Shown here piece after piece: positions 60,511 through 64,000 of a stretch of 64,000 nucleotides of DNA. A model generated the notes under the pieces. It saw only the letters and a list, made by a program, of their open reading frames with translations, was not told where the DNA came from and did no database searches. The stretch spans positions 20,274,001 to 20,338,000 of the forward strand of contig NC_042997.1 in NCBI RefSeq assembly GCF_006345805.1, read 5' to 3'. The stretch's first letter is position 1, and each line of letters begins with the position of its first letter. This DNA is from Octopus sinensis. Taxonomy: Eukaryota. The position numbers were made by a program, and so were the translations under genes.

Positions 60511-60957
60511 GCAAATGCTGATTACATAAGTGTGCACAAATACACACACATGCACATGCACTAGCATTCCTGTGTGGTTAAGAACATTGTTTTCTGACCA
60601 TATAGTTTTGAGTTCAGTGACTTCATGGATCCTTGGGTAAGGGTCTTCTACTATAACCCTGGGCCAACCAAAGCTATATAAGTGAATTTGGAAGGTGGCA
60701 TCTGAATGACGCCCATATATGCATGTGTGTGTGTATTTGTGTCTCTTTGTATAGACATCACAAGATTGCTGTAAACCAACAAGCATTTCAGTTATGCAAG
60801 CTGTATCATTCACTTCCAACTTTCATTGATAACATGTGCAGGCAAGGGAAATATTAGCTTCCTTGAAAGCAAGTGAGATTTGGTGACAGGGTAGGCTTCT
60901 GGCTCTAGAAAAGCTGCCTCAGAAAATTCTGTCACCCATAAAAGCATAGAAAAGTGA

Positions 60958-61157
60958 ATATTTTTTTCTACACTAGGCACAAGGCCTGGAATTTTTAGAT
61001 CGACCCCAGTACACAACTGGTACTTAATTTATCGACCCCGAAAGGATGAAAGGCAAAGTCGACTTTGGTAGAATTTGAACTCAGAATGTAAAGACAGACG
61101 AAATACTGCTAAGCATTTTTCCCAGCATGATAACGTTTCTGCCAGCTTGCTGCCTTA
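60958..61157 (-). mobile_element. SINE family A, short-tail variant
   Basis: Head and central domain as in family A; tail AGGCCTTGTGCCTAGTGTAGAAA. Confidence 0.85.
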
Positions 61158-61949
61158 GAAAAATGAATATTAAAAAGATGATGATGATGATGATCATCAT
61201 CATCATCATCATCATTATCATCATGGTGTTGGTGTTGGTGAGAAGGAGGAGGATATACATATACATAGGTATGTATATATGTATGAATATGTCTCAAGAT
61301 TCTACATTGCTTCAGTCTGCCAAATTCCTCTAAAAAGTTTTCGATCAATCCAAGGCTGGTACTACAGTAGTATTGAACTTCAAACCACATGATCGTTGAA
61401 CCAAAGTCTTCAATCACACAACCATGTCAGCTTATATATCTTGTTCTGCAATAAATGGTGAATCTAATTTGTCTTATCAGCTCTAAGATGAAAAGAGTAA
61501 TGCTGACATCAAAAACTGTCCCTACATTAAAAGATGAGATTTGAGCTAAATTTAGTTTACAGAAAGAAAAATGGTTCATCCATTCATTCTTATAATGCAT
61601 CAAGTTGAAAATAAAATAATTCACTGTCTCAAGATTCAACAGAAATGAAATGAAAATGATGTCAAAAGTTTACATGTTCATTTTCTCTCTTCAGTTAGGT
61701 AAAATACTTGATACTTCTTAGATGGAAAAAGAAAATAAACTCTGATGAAATTAAACTGAGCTTAATCTGTGAATATAGTAATGGCCCATAGTAAGGATAT
61801 TAATGTTTCTTTTATTCACCTTGAATGTAATAGGAATATGATGCATTCAAATATTTCTAGAAGACAAATATGTTATGAACTATGTGTGTATATGGGAGTG
61901 TATGTGTAACCCATGCCATCATGAACAATGGATTTTAAATTTTGATGAT

Positions 61950-62196
61950 GGTGATACACACACACACATGTATATGTATATACATACAAAGACATACATA
62001 TATATACATACACACACATACATATATACATACACACATACATACATATATGCATACATGCATACATACATACACACATACATATATATACATACATACA
62101 TGCATACATACATACACATATATACATACATACATGCATACATACATACGCACATACATACATAGATACACACATACGTATATACATACATACATG

Positions 62197-62230
<34 letters not shown>

Positions 62231-62234
62231 TACA

Positions 62235-62265
<31 letters not shown>
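61950..62265. repeat. (ACAT)n/(AC)n compound microsatellite
   Basis: Source of the HT/YI/CV ORFs; a similar field lies at 56020-56370. Confidence 0.95.
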
Positions 62266-62749
62266 GTATTTAATATAATTCAGGTAAAAACCTCAGTAAT
62301 TGCATCAAGTACATTATTTTCCACCAATCAAATTATCAGATTCTGGGAAACACAAGAACAAATATGTCATCTTTTTTTCGCAAGAAAGATAGCCAGGGTC
62401 ATAAACAGATGACACAGCATTCTAACCAATCACTTGCAAAATTTTATTTTACTTATTTTGTTTTAACCCATTGACACACTTCATCCTCTACTTGATAAAA
62501 GTCATCCTGCAGTTTTGTTTTATTTTTGTTTTTATCTTTTTATTACAACTAACACTCAAATAAGATTATATTTGCTATTATATTTTTCATTTTTACTTAC
62601 TACTATGAATACCACGAAGGTTACCTTTACTCTGTTATTGTTGTTGGTGCTATTATTGTAATATTATTTTTGTATTTGTTCTTGTGTCCTTCAGAATCTG
62701 ATAATTTGATTCGTGGAAAGTAATGTACATCATATGCATAGAGGCTTCA

Positions 62750-63313
62750 GAAAAATCTAACTTTGATCAATAGTATTCCACTCGATGGAGCGCCCACATA
62801 CAGCTGTCGCAGAAAAATATTCAACTATATAGCTGTTACAGAAAATAATCGTGTATAAAAGTATATGAATACAAGCAAAACGCCCCCCGTCCAATGGACG
62901 GTGCTGAGTTGTCAAACATTTAAACCAAATTTTCTCAAAACAACTTGTCCCACCGTCCCATAGGCCTCCCCTTTGATTTAACCTAAATTTGAGACACCAG
63001 CAAAAGAAGTAATAGACTTTTTTTCTATTCCAAAGAAAAACGATTTTATTCACACAAATATGCAACTGAAGAGTTTAAAGTACCAGTAAGTACATCGCAA
63101 CAGCTGATGTACTGGCACATACAAATGCACTTTCTCATGGCTTTATCGATCGCATTGTAACCTGGAATCGATTTTTGTAATTTTTTCAAGACTTATACAC
63201 GCCCTGAAACCGTTGGTATCTACATATCAAATTTGAGCACAAATGGATGGAGGATGCTTGAGATCCTAGAAGACACACACACAAACAGACAGTATGGATT
63301 TTATATAATAGAT
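62750..63313 (-). mobile_element. Possible non-autonomous Helitron-like element
   Basis: Minus strand begins A|TCTATTATATAAAA followed by a TGTC/TG tract; CpG-retaining body with hairpin CCGTCCA-A-TGGACGG; no CTAG 3' end found. Confidence 0.4.
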
Positions 63314-63599
63314 AAACTCAGCAATTTCAAGCTGGTCTGATGCCAAAACAAATGTTTTGAGCTACAATTAAAGCTTGATATCCTCTATCTCATGCTATAT
63401 TATTCTTACATATATATGTACATGTATACACATGCACACGCACAAAATATATAAAAAGCATTGGTGATGGTGACACATAAAAAACACCCAGTATATACTC
63501 AGTAACGTAGATGGCATTAGGAAGGGAATCCAGCTTGGAAACCAAGCCAAAATAGACTATGGAACCTGGCGTGGCCCCCTGAATAATAATAAAAATAAT

Positions 63600-63820
63600 A
63601 AATATTTTCTACAATAGGCACAAATCCTGAAAATTTGGGAAAGGGTGCTAGTCAATTGCATCAACCCAATGCTCAATTAGTACTTATTTTTTAGTGACTT
63701 CAAAAGGATGAAAGGCAAAGTTGACCTCAGCAGAACTTGAACTCAGAACATAAAGTTGGATGAAATGACACTAAGCATTTTGCCTGGAATGCTAACAGCT
63801 TTTGAGAGCTCAGTGCCTTA
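63600..63820 (-). mobile_element. SINE family A, short-tail variant, decayed
   Basis: AAAGGATGAAAGGCAAAGTTGACCTCAGCAGAACTTGAACTCAGAAC. Confidence 0.75.
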
Positions 63821-63849
63821 ATAATAATATTAACAATAATAACAATGAT

Positions 63850-63882
<33 letters not shown>

Positions 63883-64000
63883 TATAATAATAATAATAAT
63901 GATAATAATAATGATAATAATAATAATAATAATAGTAATAATAATAATAACAATAATAATAATAAGGTCTCTGGGTGAGATTTGGAGCCAACTTGTATAA
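63820..64000 (+). repeat. (AAT)n microsatellite followed by a fragment of the R4/Dong-like 3'UTR
   Basis: 63966-64000 GGTCTCTGGGTGAGATTTGGAGCCAACTTGT matches 17128-17158. Confidence 0.8.

Overview
AT-rich, microsatellite-dense eukaryotic DNA, most likely a coleoid cephalopod (octopus-like); this is inferred from repeat content, not from a database match. I could not identify a host protein-coding gene with confidence. The window is mostly a layered transposable-element landscape. It holds (i) two long minus-strand RTE-clade LINEs: 29.1-31.9 kb with an uninterrupted 733-codon RT frame, and 43.4-46.9 kb, broken but retaining part of the AP endonuclease. Both carry a C4HC3 PHD-type zinc finger inserted between RT palm and thumb and a 3'UTR built from hairpin repeats; many orphan 3' ends of this family are scattered through the window. 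It also holds (ii) several tRNA-derived SINE families, one forming head-less tandem multimers; (iii) R4/Dong-like fragments embedded in (TAA)n; (iv) decayed BovB-type RTE, Gypsy, Tigger, mariner and DD37D-like elements, plus MITEs; and (v) Penelope-like remnants with minimal hammerhead ribozyme motifs. The most striking structure is a 373-bp near-perfect fold-back at 56959-57331 (160-bp arms, 3 mismatches) whose 53-nt loop is almost entirely a type I hammerhead with a palindromic stem III. Family names come from motif recall, nothing was searched computationally, and boundaries of degenerate elements are approximate.
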